A DNA stretch of 64,000 nucleotides from Candidatus Curtissbacteria bacterium (GTDB lineage: Bacteria; Patescibacteriota; Microgenomatia; Curtissbacterales; GWA2-41-24): the NCBI GenBank assembly GCA_024654445.1, contig JANLHP010000017.1, positions 144,524 through 208,523 on the forward strand. Direction: 5' to 3'. The position numbers and the translations under genes were made by a program. Below are positions 19,666 through 28,796 of this stretch, piece after piece. The notes below the pieces were generated by a model. The model searched no databases. It was not told where the DNA came from and saw only the letters and a program-made list of their open reading frames with translations. Each line of letters opens with the position of its first letter. The stretch's first letter is position 1.

Positions 19666-21144
19666 ATGAAAAAAGTATTCGCTGACTTTAGACGCCACCA
19701 TATTATTTTTCTTTTAATTCTCGGTGCTATTTTTCTGTTTAGGCTCCCTTCTCTGTTTGAACCTTTTTGGTATGGAGATGAGGGAATTTTTGCGGCAGTT
19801 GGGCGAAACTTAAATTTTGGTGGGACTTTGTACCAAACTGCCTGGGACAATAAACCCCCAATGATTTATTTGACTTATGCTGCGATTTTTAAAACGTTTG
19901 GTGTCTCGATGTTTTGGTTAAGGTTGGTTACCCTAGTTGTCGCACTTGTTACAGCTGCTGCGATTTACGAAATTGCGCAGAAAGTACTGGGAGAAAAAAG
20001 GGCACTTTTGGCGACTGGGATTTTTGGGGTTTTGTCGTCTCTGCGGATCATTGAGGGCAACTTGGCTCTAACAGAAATTTTTATGATTCTGCCGATTTCT
20101 CTTGCATTTTTGGTTGCCATCAAGAGAAATTTTGATTATCTTTCTCTTTTTGCTGCAGGTCTACTTTTTGCACTAGGTTCTCTTTACAAGCAAGTCGGGG
20201 CACTAGAAGCTGCAGCCCTTGGTATTTTCTTGTTCGTCTACACAAAAAGGTTTTTAGAGTTTGTTAAAAAGGGTTTTGTGCTGACACTGGGTTTTCTAGT
20301 CCCATATCTTTTCTTTATTCTTTACTTTGCTCAAAAAAATCTTGTGGGGGAATATATTTTTGCGGCTTACACTTATTACCAAATTTACCTTAACGAAAGC
20401 CCACAGTATCAGATTTTTATAAATATTTTGAAGTTTATGCCAATTGTTGCAAGCATTGCTTTTGCAATTTATCAAAAGAAAAAAGGGCAGGTAAGTCTTT
20501 TAAATCTTTTTTTCCTCTGGGGTGCTTTTTCGTTTCTTGGTAGCTTTTTTTCGGGCCGAACTTATGGTCACTATTTGGTCCAGGGAGTCCCTGCGCTTTC
20601 ACTTCTTCTTGCGTCCATTCCAAGAAAAATAGACTTCAGACGGAGCTTTGTTGTTTTTCTTGTTTTTTTCGCACTTCCCTTACTTTTGCTTTTTAAATTT
20701 CTTTTTGCCGACTACGGTGTAGTGGAACTGAGGACGCAGGTTAAATACTGGAAGAACTTTTTTAGTTTTGCTTCGGACGGTAGAACTTTAAGCCAATACA
20801 ACGATTCGTACGATTCTAACGTTAACAAGATAATGGCGCTTGATAATTTCATAAGGAGCCGGGAAGCGAGAGGTAAAACTGTGTATGTGTGGGGGGACAT
20901 TGCTTGGCTTTATGCAATTTCTGATCTTAACAACCCCTCGAGATACGTTACATCCTTCCATGTTTTTGGCGTACCAGGCGGACGGGAAGAAGTAATAAAT
21001 AATTTGCGCGAAAACCCCCCTGTTTACATAATCCTCGCACCCAGCTCGATCGGTTATTTTGACGAACTTGAGAAGTTACTTGCAACTTCGTATACTCATA
21101 CCTCAACTGTTGAAGATTCACGAATTTTTCAAAGAAAGGATTAA
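19666..21144 (+). CDS. GT-C fold glycosyltransferase (ArnT/PMT_2-like), second tandem copy
   Basis: FWYGDEGIFAAVGRNL (DE motif in first periplasmic loop). Polytopic membrane N-terminal half and a soluble C-terminal domain. Confidence 0.55.
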   Translation: MKKVFADFRRHHIIFLLILGAIFLFRLPSLFEPFWYGDEGIFAAVGRNLNFGGTLYQTAWDNKPPMIYLTYAAIFKTFGVSMFWLRLVTLVVALVTAAAIYEIAQKVLGEKRALLATGIFGVLSSLRIIEGNLALTEIFMILPISLAFLVAIKRNFDYLSLFAAGLLFALGSLYKQVGALEAAALGIFLFVYTKRFLEFVKKGFVLTLGFLVPYLFFILYFAQKNLVGEYIFAAYTYYQIYLNESPQYQIFINILKFMPIVASIAFAIYQKKKGQVSLLNLFFLWGAFSFLGSFFSGRTYGHYLVQGVPALSLLLASIPRKIDFRRSFVVFLVFFALPLLLLFKFLFADYGVVELRTQVKYWKNFFSFASDGRTLSQYNDSYDSNVNKIMALDNFIRSREARGKTVYVWGDIAWLYAISDLNNPSRYVTSFHVFGVPGGREEVINNLRENPPVYIILAPSSIGYFDELEKLLATSYTHTSTVEDSRIFQRKD

Positions 21145-21147
21145 GTT

Positions 21148-21540
21148 ATGAGGGTAGGTAATCTGTCTGGCGCGAGGATAGAATTTACACAAAATGCTCA
21201 GAAGAACATCGCTGGAGATAGGCTTTCATTTTTTTCGTTCTCTTTCTTTCTGTTCTCGATTTTGATTCAGTCGATGTTAATTTTGCTCGTATGGTCGAAA
21301 CTGCCTCCGCAATTGCCTATCTTTTTTTCAAGGCCTTGGGGGGAGAACGTTCTCGCGCCTAAGCTTTTCCTGTGGTCGCTGCCTATTATTACAGTTCTGT
21401 TTTTTTTCGTAAACTATTTCGCTTCGTTGACTTTGGCGAGGGGAAATTTATTTCTTTTTAGAATTATTGTGGTTTTTAGTTTCATTGTTTCCCTTCTTAC
21501 ACTTTACGACACTCTCAAAATTGTTACGCTTTTAACATGA
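21148..21540 (+). CDS. hypothetical small membrane protein (3-4 TM)
   Basis: 130-aa hydrophobic ORF sitting between the GT-C and WecA-like genes. A 4-bp overlap with the downstream gene suggests one operon. Confidence 0.35.
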   Translation: MRVGNLSGARIEFTQNAQKNIAGDRLSFFSFSFFLFSILIQSMLILLVWSKLPPQLPIFFSRPWGENVLAPKLFLWSLPIITVLFFFVNYFASLTLARGNLFLFRIIVVFSFIVSLLTLYDTLKIVTLLT

Positions 21541-22622
21541 CGTTCACGCTGACATTTTTAGCTGCCTTTTTAGTTTCTTTAATCTTAACCCCAATTACAA
21601 TTGTGCTCGCTAAAAAATTTAAATTCGTTGATGACCCGAAGCTTAGAAAGCATCCGGCTCTTATTCATAAAGTTGTAACCGCAAGAGCTGGTGGTGTGCC
21701 AATTTTTCTTGCTTTTTTGTTGGTGAGCATTCTTTTAGTTGAACCGAGTAAAAAATTAGCGGGGATCCTGCTTGGAGGTTGGATTCTTGTTTTGGTCGGT
21801 TTAATTGACGATAAAGCGGAATTGCCGAGTATCGTAAGACTTCTTTTCCAATTTCTAGCAGCGCTGGTTGTTGTTGCCAGCGGTGTCGGTATCGCTTTTA
21901 TCCCAAACCCGGTTTCAGCGCTACTCGGTCAGGGTTACGATGTTATTAGACTCGATACTATTCGTTTGTCTTTTGAGTTTTTTGGTAATCATTCACTTTT
22001 ATTGCTCGCTGATCTTTTTGCGCTTTTTTGGATCGTTTGGGTAATCAACATGGTTAATTTTTCGAGTGGCGTCGATGGACAAATGCCGGGAATAGTAATT
22101 GTTACTCTAATGGTAATTTTTGTCGCGTCACTCCGATTTTATCCTCATGATCCGAGCCAGACCGTTGTGAGTCAACTGGCTTTAATTGGAGCTGGATCAG
22201 CGCTTGGATTTTTAATTTTTAATTTTTATCCTGCAAAAATTTTCCCCGGCGATTCCGGCTCTTATTTTCTGGGGTTTTTAGTCGCGGTCGTTGCAATCCT
22301 TTCGGGAGCAAAAGTGGGGACTGCGATTTTAGTAATGGCCATCCCGCTTATTGACGGTGTATTTACTATTATAAGAAGATTAGTAAGTGGTAAGTCTCCT
22401 TTTCTTGGAGACAGGAAACATTTACACCACAGGTTGATAGAGTTGGGTTGGTCGCAGAGAAGAGTAGCATTGTTTTATTGGTTTCTGTGTGCTATTTTAG
22501 GTGCGGCTGCATTGCAACTTGCCTCTATTGAAAAACTTTTTGCAGCAGTAGTTGTCGCTGTTATTGTCTTAGGAGGACTAGTTTGGCTAAATATGAATTT
22601 ACCACAAAAGGCCCGCAGATAA
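21537..22622 (+). CDS. polyprenyl-phosphate N-acetylhexosamine-1-phosphate transferase (GT4 MraY/WecA family)
   Basis: Motifs NMVNFSSGVDGQ (NxxNxxDGxDG) and PGDSGSYFLGF. About 10-11 TM helices. Confidence 0.75.
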   Translation: MTFTLTFLAAFLVSLILTPITIVLAKKFKFVDDPKLRKHPALIHKVVTARAGGVPIFLAFLLVSILLVEPSKKLAGILLGGWILVLVGLIDDKAELPSIVRLLFQFLAALVVVASGVGIAFIPNPVSALLGQGYDVIRLDTIRLSFEFFGNHSLLLLADLFALFWIVWVINMVNFSSGVDGQMPGIVIVTLMVIFVASLRFYPHDPSQTVVSQLALIGAGSALGFLIFNFYPAKIFPGDSGSYFLGFLVAVVAILSGAKVGTAILVMAIPLIDGVFTIIRRLVSGKSPFLGDRKHLHHRLIELGWSQRRVALFYWFLCAILGAAALQLASIEKLFAAVVVAVIVLGGLVWLNMNLPQKARR

Positions 22623-23593
22623 TCTGGTTGCCCTTTTGGATTTTTGTTAGCGCACGCCCGCGTCAATGGCTTAAAAATTTAGCACTTTTTGCTCCACTTG
22701 TTTTTGAAGGCGTTTTTTTTGACCCCATTAAATTTTGGCTCGTCGTTTTAGGCTTTTTTATTTTTTCGCTTGCAACTTCTTCCATATATATAATCAACGA
22801 TGTAATTGACGTCGAAAAAGACAGGGCTCATCCATTTAAGAGGAAACGCCCAATTGCAGCCGGAAGGATACATCCTAACGTTGCTCTTATTATTGCGATT
22901 TTGGGACTTGCGCTGGCGATATTTGTTTCGAGCCGTTTTTCGCCATTTTTTACTTTGGCGCTTTCCGCCTACGCAATTTTGCAGATACTTTACTCGCTAT
23001 TTTTAAGGTCGATTATTCTAATCGACGTTATGGCGATTGCGTCGGGATTTTTGCTAAGAGTTTTCGCCGGAGCGGTTTTGATCGACGCGCACGTTACTGT
23101 TTGGTTTATTTTGACGGTTGCAAGTCTGGCGCTATTTTTGGCTATCGGAAAAAGAAGGTCGGAACGGACTCTTTTGATGGGTTCGGAGGAGAAGTCGCTT
23201 GCGACAAGATCTATTCTTCTTCATTATCCCGAGTCACTTCTGGATTCGTTGACAGTAATGTTTGCAACGGCTACGTGGTTTTCTTATACGATGTTTACTT
23301 TTTTGCAGCCGCCGCCAGGTTCCGGCGCACAGGTTTTGGTGTTGTTTGGAGATTATCTGCCTAGGACGTTTTTGGCTTCTAAATGGCTGATGGTGACTGT
23401 GCCTTTTGTTATTTATGGGGTAATGAGATACATGTACGTCATTCACGAAAAAAAAGAAGGGGAATCACCGGAGCGAGTATTATTGTCTGATATTCCTTTA
23501 CTTTCGACAGTGCTGTTCTGGATCGTAATCGTCTTTTTTGTAATCTACGGCGGAGAATTCTTACCTCAAAAGTTAATTCAGTATTTGCAGTAA
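22583..23593 (+). CDS. UbiA-family prenyltransferase, decaprenyl-phosphate phosphoribosyltransferase (DPPR synthase)-like
   Basis: RPRQWLKNLALFAPL and NDVIDVEKDRAHPFKRKRPIAAG (UbiA NDxxDxxxD motif in a DPPRS-like context). Start uncertain (ATG 22583 overlaps the upstream gene by 40 nt). Confidence 0.65.
   Translation: MAKYEFTTKGPQIIWLPFWIFVSARPRQWLKNLALFAPLVFEGVFFDPIKFWLVVLGFFIFSLATSSIYIINDVIDVEKDRAHPFKRKRPIAAGRIHPNVALIIAILGLALAIFVSSRFSPFFTLALSAYAILQILYSLFLRSIILIDVMAIASGFLLRVFAGAVLIDAHVTVWFILTVASLALFLAIGKRRSERTLLMGSEEKSLATRSILLHYPESLLDSLTVMFATATWFSYTMFTFLQPPPGSGAQVLVLFGDYLPRTFLASKWLMVTVPFVIYGVMRYMYVIHEKKEGESPERVLLSDIPLLSTVLFWIVIVFFVIYGGEFLPQKLIQYLQ
23549..23593. repeat. direct repeat DR1 (3' end of UbiA-family gene)
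   Basis: ggcggagaattcttacctcaaaagttaattcagtatttgcagtaa. Repeated at 24245-24289 (about 38/45 identical). Both encode GEFLPQKL(I/L)QYLQ*. Confidence 0.7.
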
Positions 23594-23596
23594 TTA

Positions 23597-24208
23597 TTGT
23601 TTATCAAATTCATGAAAAAAGGTTTCGCTCCTGTAGTTTTGCTCTTATGCGTTTTGTTTGTCGTTGTTACGGTTTTTGGAACTCACAAAATTATGGAATG
23701 GCAGCAACCCAAAGATCAATCAATCTCACAAGATGATATTCAAAATACTTCTGCCTGGACAACACAAGAGACTGTTTTAGGTTTTTCGATAACATTTCCC
23801 AATACTTGGCGTTTAGAGGCAGGTGACTCAAAGACCGTTGTTTTGCGAAATTACTTTGACGCGAATCTTGCTGAATCAGACTTTCAGGGTCCTATCCTTT
23901 TAAAACCGGACAAAATATCCATCACAATTGGTCAATATGACGAATCACTTGAGGAAGACCTATCACTTTTAGATTGGCTCGAGAAGGAGAACCGATATAG
24001 TAGCGCTCAACAAGATGATCCAACTAAGGTAGAACAAAAAACAATAGCAGGTAATCCTGCTTTAGTTCTGTTCCATAGTAATCCTGATGCACCTTTTTAC
24101 GTTTTTAACAATCAAAAACGTGTTTATTTTGCTTACTTTAGTCCTTCTAACTCAGACTATACTCCTCTAGTTATTCCAATACTTGATTCAATTAAATTCT
24201 TACAGTAA
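23597..24208 (+). CDS. hypothetical secreted protein inside a direct-repeat-flanked insertion
   Basis: 203-aa ORF with N-terminal TM/signal (VVLLLCVLFVVVTVFG). Lies between DR1 and DR2. Confidence 0.45.
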   Translation: MFIKFMKKGFAPVVLLLCVLFVVVTVFGTHKIMEWQQPKDQSISQDDIQNTSAWTTQETVLGFSITFPNTWRLEAGDSKTVVLRNYFDANLAESDFQGPILLKPDKISITIGQYDESLEEDLSLLDWLEKENRYSSAQQDDPTKVEQKTIAGNPALVLFHSNPDAPFYVFNNQKRVYFAYFSPSNSDYTPLVIPILDSIKFLQ

Positions 24209-24244
24209 GGGGACTTTTCTATGTACAGCTATCTTGATGGGGGC

Positions 24245-24289
24245 GGCGGGGAATTTTTACCTCAAAAGTTACTTCAGTATCTTCAGTAG
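24245..24289. repeat. direct repeat DR2 (relic copy of UbiA-gene 3' end)
   Basis: ggcggggaatttttacctcaaaagttacttcagtatcttcagtag. Matches DR1. Confidence 0.7.
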
Positions 24290-24290
24290 T

Positions 24291-24602
24291 TTATCTATGA
24301 GATTCGACTATTTTTCTCCCTATTTCTCCTGATTGATAAGCTTTCAATAGGTTATTTCTTCCCCTAAATCCCATTCTGTCTAAGGCCGCGAGTAGTTCTC
24401 TTTCTTCTTTCCGTGGGTTTTGTGTTGTTAAGGAAACAGTTAGCGGTACAGACACTTCCGCATGTCTATTTATTCTGGTGCGTAACTGAAATGGTAGGTC
24501 AAACTCGCTGCCTAACTGTTTACCAAACTTAACCATTGCTGGTCTTGCAAGATGTCTAAGAAGAAGATTGTCGTTATTTATGACTGTTGATGGCATGAAC
24601 AT
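24291..24602 (-). CDS. hypothetical protein
   Basis: 103-aa ORF, no family recognised. Lies 8 bp downstream of the 24611..25189 gene on the same strand. Confidence 0.35.
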   Translation of the reverse strand: MFMPSTVINNDNLLLRHLARPAMVKFGKQLGSEFDLPFQLRTRINRHAEVSVPLTVSLTTQNPRKEERELLAALDRMGFRGRNNLLKAYQSGEIGRKIVESHR

Positions 24603-24610
24603 ACTATCAT

Positions 24611-25189
24611 CTACATGATTGTAGTCTGGAGTCCAATGATGCGGATTTTGCAGCCTTTTTCTTTTATGTATTGAATTGCTGCTTCAAGGTCGGTTTCTGT
24701 TACTATTCCTGTTAACGTTTGTCGGTAACTGGCTGTCGTCGAATCGACCGCTAGTTTGGTTGCTGTTTCCGATTCGACATTGACAATTTCCGTCCCTAAA
24801 AGTACTGTAGCATCGATACTATCCATACCTATTCCAAAATATCCTGCTACCTTATTTTTTCTCAGATCTTCTACAACCCTGTAATCAAAATAAATGCTGT
24901 TAGAGTCTCTATCTACCCATGATCGAGCTCCTGGTGGAGCACCCACTACTACCTTGCCTTTAATTTTTTCTAAAAAGAAAGGGTGTAGGCTTGCTAGGTT
25001 GATTGCTGTCTCTGTGTCATTAAGATCTGGGACAACCTTTACTTGGTCTACACTCAATTCTGGTGCGTCTGGGTAGTGCCTTCGAAGGTTGGTATTTACC
25101 CAGGATACGATTCGTGCAATATCTGCCTGATCCTCGGGTGCGAGCAAAATTTCTTGCGGCTGACTAGGGCCTGCTTCTTGATCTTTCAT
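24611..25189 (-). CDS. hypothetical protein (soluble)
   Basis: 192-aa ORF (VVVGAPPGARSWVDRDSNSIYFDYR...GYFGIGMDSIDATVLLG). No family recognised. Confidence 0.4.
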   Translation of the reverse strand: MKDQEAGPSQPQEILLAPEDQADIARIVSWVNTNLRRHYPDAPELSVDQVKVVPDLNDTETAINLASLHPFFLEKIKGKVVVGAPPGARSWVDRDSNSIYFDYRVVEDLRKNKVAGYFGIGMDSIDATVLLGTEIVNVESETATKLAVDSTTASYRQTLTGIVTETDLEAAIQYIKEKGCKIRIIGLQTTIM

Positions 25190-25239
25190 AATCTCGGATT
25201 ATACTCCTCTCCCTGTGTGTTTGTAAACTATGGGTCGGA

Positions 25240-25686
25240 TTATTGAGCTTTGATCTTGAAGCTAACGTTTGAGGAAGCGGAGGCTTCTTCGGAGAGAAGG
25301 CTGAGAGTTGTGGATGTTTGAGGTGAAAGAGTGGCAGTTATGTCTGGATTTTTGAAGTCCTGGCCGAAAAAGACTTTGGCCTCCCCTGCTGTTTTTTCGA
25401 TTGAGTAAGTTTTAGTCTCCTCTGTCGGGTTATTTAGGATCAAAATACCCAAGAATGCTTGGCTCTCTCCGAATTTCGTGGCTGTTAGCTTGTAGGTTTC
25501 GCCCTCCTGGGAAAAGCTTACGTTCGGGAATTTGTCTATCTGGGGCACGATAAGGTAGTGTGAAGCGCTTTTTACGCCCGCAACTTGGGCGAATTTCGAG
25601 GCAAAATAGAAGGGGAAGGCCAAAAGCGCTAAAAGCAGGACTACGGCTGAGAAGTTGGCAAAGGTCCGAAATAGTGAGTGTTTCAT
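25240..25686 (-). CDS. hypothetical secreted protein
   Basis: 148-aa ORF with signal peptide/TM (AVVLLLALLAFPFYFA). A 4-bp overlap with the upstream gene suggests an operon. Confidence 0.4.
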   Translation of the reverse strand: MKHSLFRTFANFSAVVLLLALLAFPFYFASKFAQVAGVKSASHYLIVPQIDKFPNVSFSQEGETYKLTATKFGESQAFLGILILNNPTEETKTYSIEKTAGEAKVFFGQDFKNPDITATLSPQTSTTLSLLSEEASASSNVSFKIKAQ

Positions 25687-26222
25687 GCTTGTTTTGATAT
25701 TTCTATCTCGTTTTCGATATCCACCGACAGGATCCAGGTAAAGTTAGCAGCAATTAGTAACGCGGCTATGGAGATCATGGGGTGCGTAACTTTCAGGATG
25801 ACGGTGGAAACGAGGAGAAATCCAGTCGTTAGCCACAGAAATGCGAGCCAAATGACGGCCTGGTGGTATAGATGGTAGGTAGGAGCTACAAACCCTTCCA
25901 TGTTCATAGAGGCTAACTTGGCATGAAAAGATGGCTTTATATGGCTTTCGTGGAAAAAATGGGCACGAACCAGAACATATAAGTTCCCGACGACGACGAC
26001 GGTTAGCATAGTGATATTCGAGTAGTTTTCCGCTATTATGTAGTCTTTGAGCGAGCCGAAGCTAATTGAGGGTAAGACGCCTAACACTGTGCCTCCGGCA
26101 ACCGTGAAAGACAGCCCGAGGGCGTAAGTCGCTATAAAAAAGCCGATCATTTTACCCACAATTAAGGCTGCGGCGGGCACTATTGCTTCGTCTATTAACT
26201 TTATAATGGATTTTGACAGCAT
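25683..26222 (-). CDS. hypothetical polytopic membrane protein
   Basis: 179-aa ORF with about 5 TM helices. Confidence 0.45.
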   Translation of the reverse strand: MLSKSIIKLIDEAIVPAAALIVGKMIGFFIATYALGLSFTVAGGTVLGVLPSISFGSLKDYIIAENYSNITMLTVVVVGNLYVLVRAHFFHESHIKPSFHAKLASMNMEGFVAPTYHLYHQAVIWLAFLWLTTGFLLVSTVILKVTHPMISIAALLIAANFTWILSVDIENEIEISKQA

Positions 26223-26262
26223 AGATACATATTATCAGAATTACAGGGAAATTTGATCGGGA

Positions 26263-27084
26263 TTAATTCCTGGGCAGTTTCTTTGTGTATTCCGTTGAGA
26301 CCCAGCCTTGTTTCCCCTCGAATTTTATCTGAACCCAACCTTGAATTTCTTGTAATATTTCAAGCTGGTCGCCTGTTTTTACTCTGCCTATTTCCGGGCT
26401 GGTGAGCGTAGATTCACGCCTGACGCGAAGGAACCCAAGCGGAGTCGCCAAAATTTCAACTTTCTCAGGCTCTTCCGGGAGTCCGGGAGCAGCTGTAACT
26501 CCTTTGGCTATTTCGGACGCGAGAGTTACGTGCGCGACAACTTGGAAATCTGGGGACGTTTTAACGGTTATCGTTCTTTCTAAATAGCCACGATGGGAAA
26601 GTATTAATTTATGCTCTCCTTCTTCTATTTCTTCAATCTGGATGGGTGTCTTCCCATATGATTTGCCGTCGATGGCAACATCAGCCTCGTCAGGCGTGGA
26701 TGTAACAAAAATACCCTTTTTACCAGGCTGGAGGCTAAGTATTTCGCCGGATTGGGCTAAAAAGTTGTTATTGAGTTCGCGATTGACGACTGTGAGGGTA
26801 TTTTCGACCAAAGTTACCTTTTCTACGTATGTCGCCTCGCCCGCGGTTATTTTAACCATATACTCCTGGTCTTTGAGTTGGTCAGAGAAAAAGGGGGTTT
26901 TGCCGACATGTTTCCCGTCCAGGAATATTGAAGATTGGGGCGTTGAGGTTACTTTTAAGGCTGCGGCTTTGGGGCCACCCACGACTGTGCAGCCAGTTAG
27001 GAGTGTAACAAGTGTCAGGTAACATGTGACATGTAGGAGCTTTCTTGACACCTGACACTTGATACTTGATACATACTCAGGCAT
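26263..27084 (-). CDS. PEGA-domain lipoprotein with C-terminal SH3b-like domain
   Basis: Lipobox LLTGC. Two PEGA-like repeats (IFLDGKHVGKTP, VAIDGKSYGKTP). C-terminal GWVQIKFEGKQGWVSTEY (SH3b-like). True start probably downstream of the annotated M. Confidence 0.55.
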   Translation of the reverse strand: MPEYVSSIKCQVSRKLLHVTCYLTLVTLLTGCTVVGGPKAAALKVTSTPQSSIFLDGKHVGKTPFFSDQLKDQEYMVKITAGEATYVEKVTLVENTLTVVNRELNNNFLAQSGEILSLQPGKKGIFVTSTPDEADVAIDGKSYGKTPIQIEEIEEGEHKLILSHRGYLERTITVKTSPDFQVVAHVTLASEIAKGVTAAPGLPEEPEKVEILATPLGFLRVRRESTLTSPEIGRVKTGDQLEILQEIQGWVQIKFEGKQGWVSTEYTKKLPRN

Positions 27085-27117
27085 TGGATTAAAGGTACCA
27101 CCTAGCTGAGCTTCGGT

Positions 27118-27270
27118 GCAAGCGTGAGCCCTTCGACTTCGCTCAGGGTCATGACTATTTGAGGCTAATTCCTGCGGCGGGAGCTCATGTGAAAAGATTA
27201 TAGGTCTGCTTCGAGGCTGGAAGGTAATTCGAGGCTATTTGTGCTCAGGCTCGAGCGTGAGATTGAAGCT
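27118..27270. repeat. GC-rich repeat element (family C1) carrying core motif cccttcgacttcgctcaggg
   Basis: 27139-27160 gagcccttcgacttcgctcagggtc matches the core of copies A1/A2. Followed by internal direct repeats cttcgaggct / attcgaggct / gctcgagcgtgag. Confidence 0.5.
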
Positions 27271-27435
27271 ATCCCCTAGCCACGATTTTTAGCTCCATTT
27301 AGGCCTCATTTAGCTTACTATGGGACTTGACAAAGGAGCCTTACTATGCTATACTTCACGCTTGTAAGATCTCCACTATGGGCTTCTGCCCAGGATTCCC
27401 ACAAATATATATGTGGGTTTTTAGTGGGAAAATAT

Positions 27436-28167
27436 ATGAAAAACATACAAATACTACAACCTGCCATATCTGAGCTTAAAGTCCAGGCTCAGGCACAAGC
27501 TGAAAAGGCTCTCAAAAGGGCTCGTCAAATCGAGGCTAAACAAATAGCCCTTAACGGCTTAAAGTTCACCAAGTTTCAACTTTCTATTAGACCAAGGCTT
27601 AGATTGCTTGCCAAGGTACTTCCTGTACTTACCATTGCTTTTATAGCGACAAGCCAAATTGCTTCATTTGTTGAGCCTAAGACCGCTGAAGTAAAAATCA
27701 ACGGCCAGCCTATTTTGGTTGCTGAGCACGTTGAAGGCGATGCCAACGTTGTTGAGATTGCACAAAGTGTAGGCGCTAAGTTGTCTCCTTTTGAGTTCAG
27801 AATGCCTGTTGGCGGAAATATTTCACAAGGATTTAGTGGATACCATAGAGCTTTCGACATTACGTCCCCTCTTGGTACGCCTATTAAGCCAGTTGGTGCT
27901 GGTACAGTTGAGTTTGCCGGCTTCGTTTCCGACGGTAAAGGTAACTTAGTTGTTATTGACCACGGTGACGGGCTTAAAACTGCTTATGCTCACATGGGTA
28001 AGATTTACGTTAAACCTGGTTCTACAGTTAATACGCAAACTGACCTTGGTACTATTGGTCTTACGGGTCGTACTACAGGAGCCCATGTCCACTTTGAGCT
28101 TTACGATAATGGTGTTGCGGTAAACCCTGGAAACTTACTCCCGAGCGCAGAAGGCAACCTAAAGTAA
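27436..28167 (+). CDS. M23 family peptidoglycan metalloendopeptidase (LytM-like)
   Basis: HRAFDI, DHGDGLKTAYAHM and GAHVHFEL (M23 HxxxD ... HxH). TM anchor. The ORF track extends upstream to 27346; ATG 27436 (MKNIQ) is preferred. Confidence 0.75.
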   Translation: MKNIQILQPAISELKVQAQAQAEKALKRARQIEAKQIALNGLKFTKFQLSIRPRLRLLAKVLPVLTIAFIATSQIASFVEPKTAEVKINGQPILVAEHVEGDANVVEIAQSVGAKLSPFEFRMPVGGNISQGFSGYHRAFDITSPLGTPIKPVGAGTVEFAGFVSDGKGNLVVIDHGDGLKTAYAHMGKIYVKPGSTVNTQTDLGTIGLTGRTTGAHVHFELYDNGVAVNPGNLLPSAEGNLK

Positions 28168-28174
28168 GCGCGAT

Positions 28175-28753
28175 TTAAAGCTTGCGGATAGGGGTATCGT
28201 CTTCCTCTTTGGTATCGTCTCTGTCTGATAGTTCCTCGATCATAATCTTAAATTTCACTGGGTCTCCTATATTTTCGATAACAATTTCTCTTTGATCGTA
28301 GCCAGCGGTAATTACTACTAAATTTCCATTATTATAAAGGTACCGCTGCGCTACTGATTGTTCCACTGTCACGTGCGTAATACGCTCGAGTGGAGCGCTT
28401 AGGATTTTTCTGGAAAATATGCCCGTTATTATCAAAAGGCGTTTATTTGTCAGGGCGTAAATATACGATTGTTTTTGCCTGATAAGCTGGCTGGAGCTTT
28501 TTAGTTTTGCGATCAACACAAAAAGCGGGAAGATTCCAAAGTATTTTAGGTACGAATAACCTTGGATATCAAAAAAGCCAAGGAGCATTAAAAAAGAAGC
28601 GTAAAACCAGATTAATGGGATTATGAAGATTAGAATAACCTTGATCCAGAAATAGCGTTTCCCTATAGATGAGACTAGCTCTGGCTTTTCATCGCTCGTC
28701 AAGAACTTGGCGAGTCTTTTTTTTTGCTTTTCGGAGGGGGATTTATTGGCCAC
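28175..28753 (-). CDS. membrane protein with bacterial PH-like (bPH_2/YdbT-like) domain
   Basis: Two TM helices then NKRLLIITGIFSRKILSAPLERITHVTVEQS...LVVITAGYDQREIVIENIGDP, which fits the bPH_2 pattern. Confidence 0.4.
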   Translation of the reverse strand: MANKSPSEKQKKRLAKFLTSDEKPELVSSIGKRYFWIKVILIFIIPLIWFYASFLMLLGFFDIQGYSYLKYFGIFPLFVLIAKLKSSSQLIRQKQSYIYALTNKRLLIITGIFSRKILSAPLERITHVTVEQSVAQRYLYNNGNLVVITAGYDQREIVIENIGDPVKFKIMIEELSDRDDTKEEDDTPIRKL

Positions 28754-28796
28754 GTTTCCAGTTTATCACAATATTTTTTGCTATCATGGAGATCGT

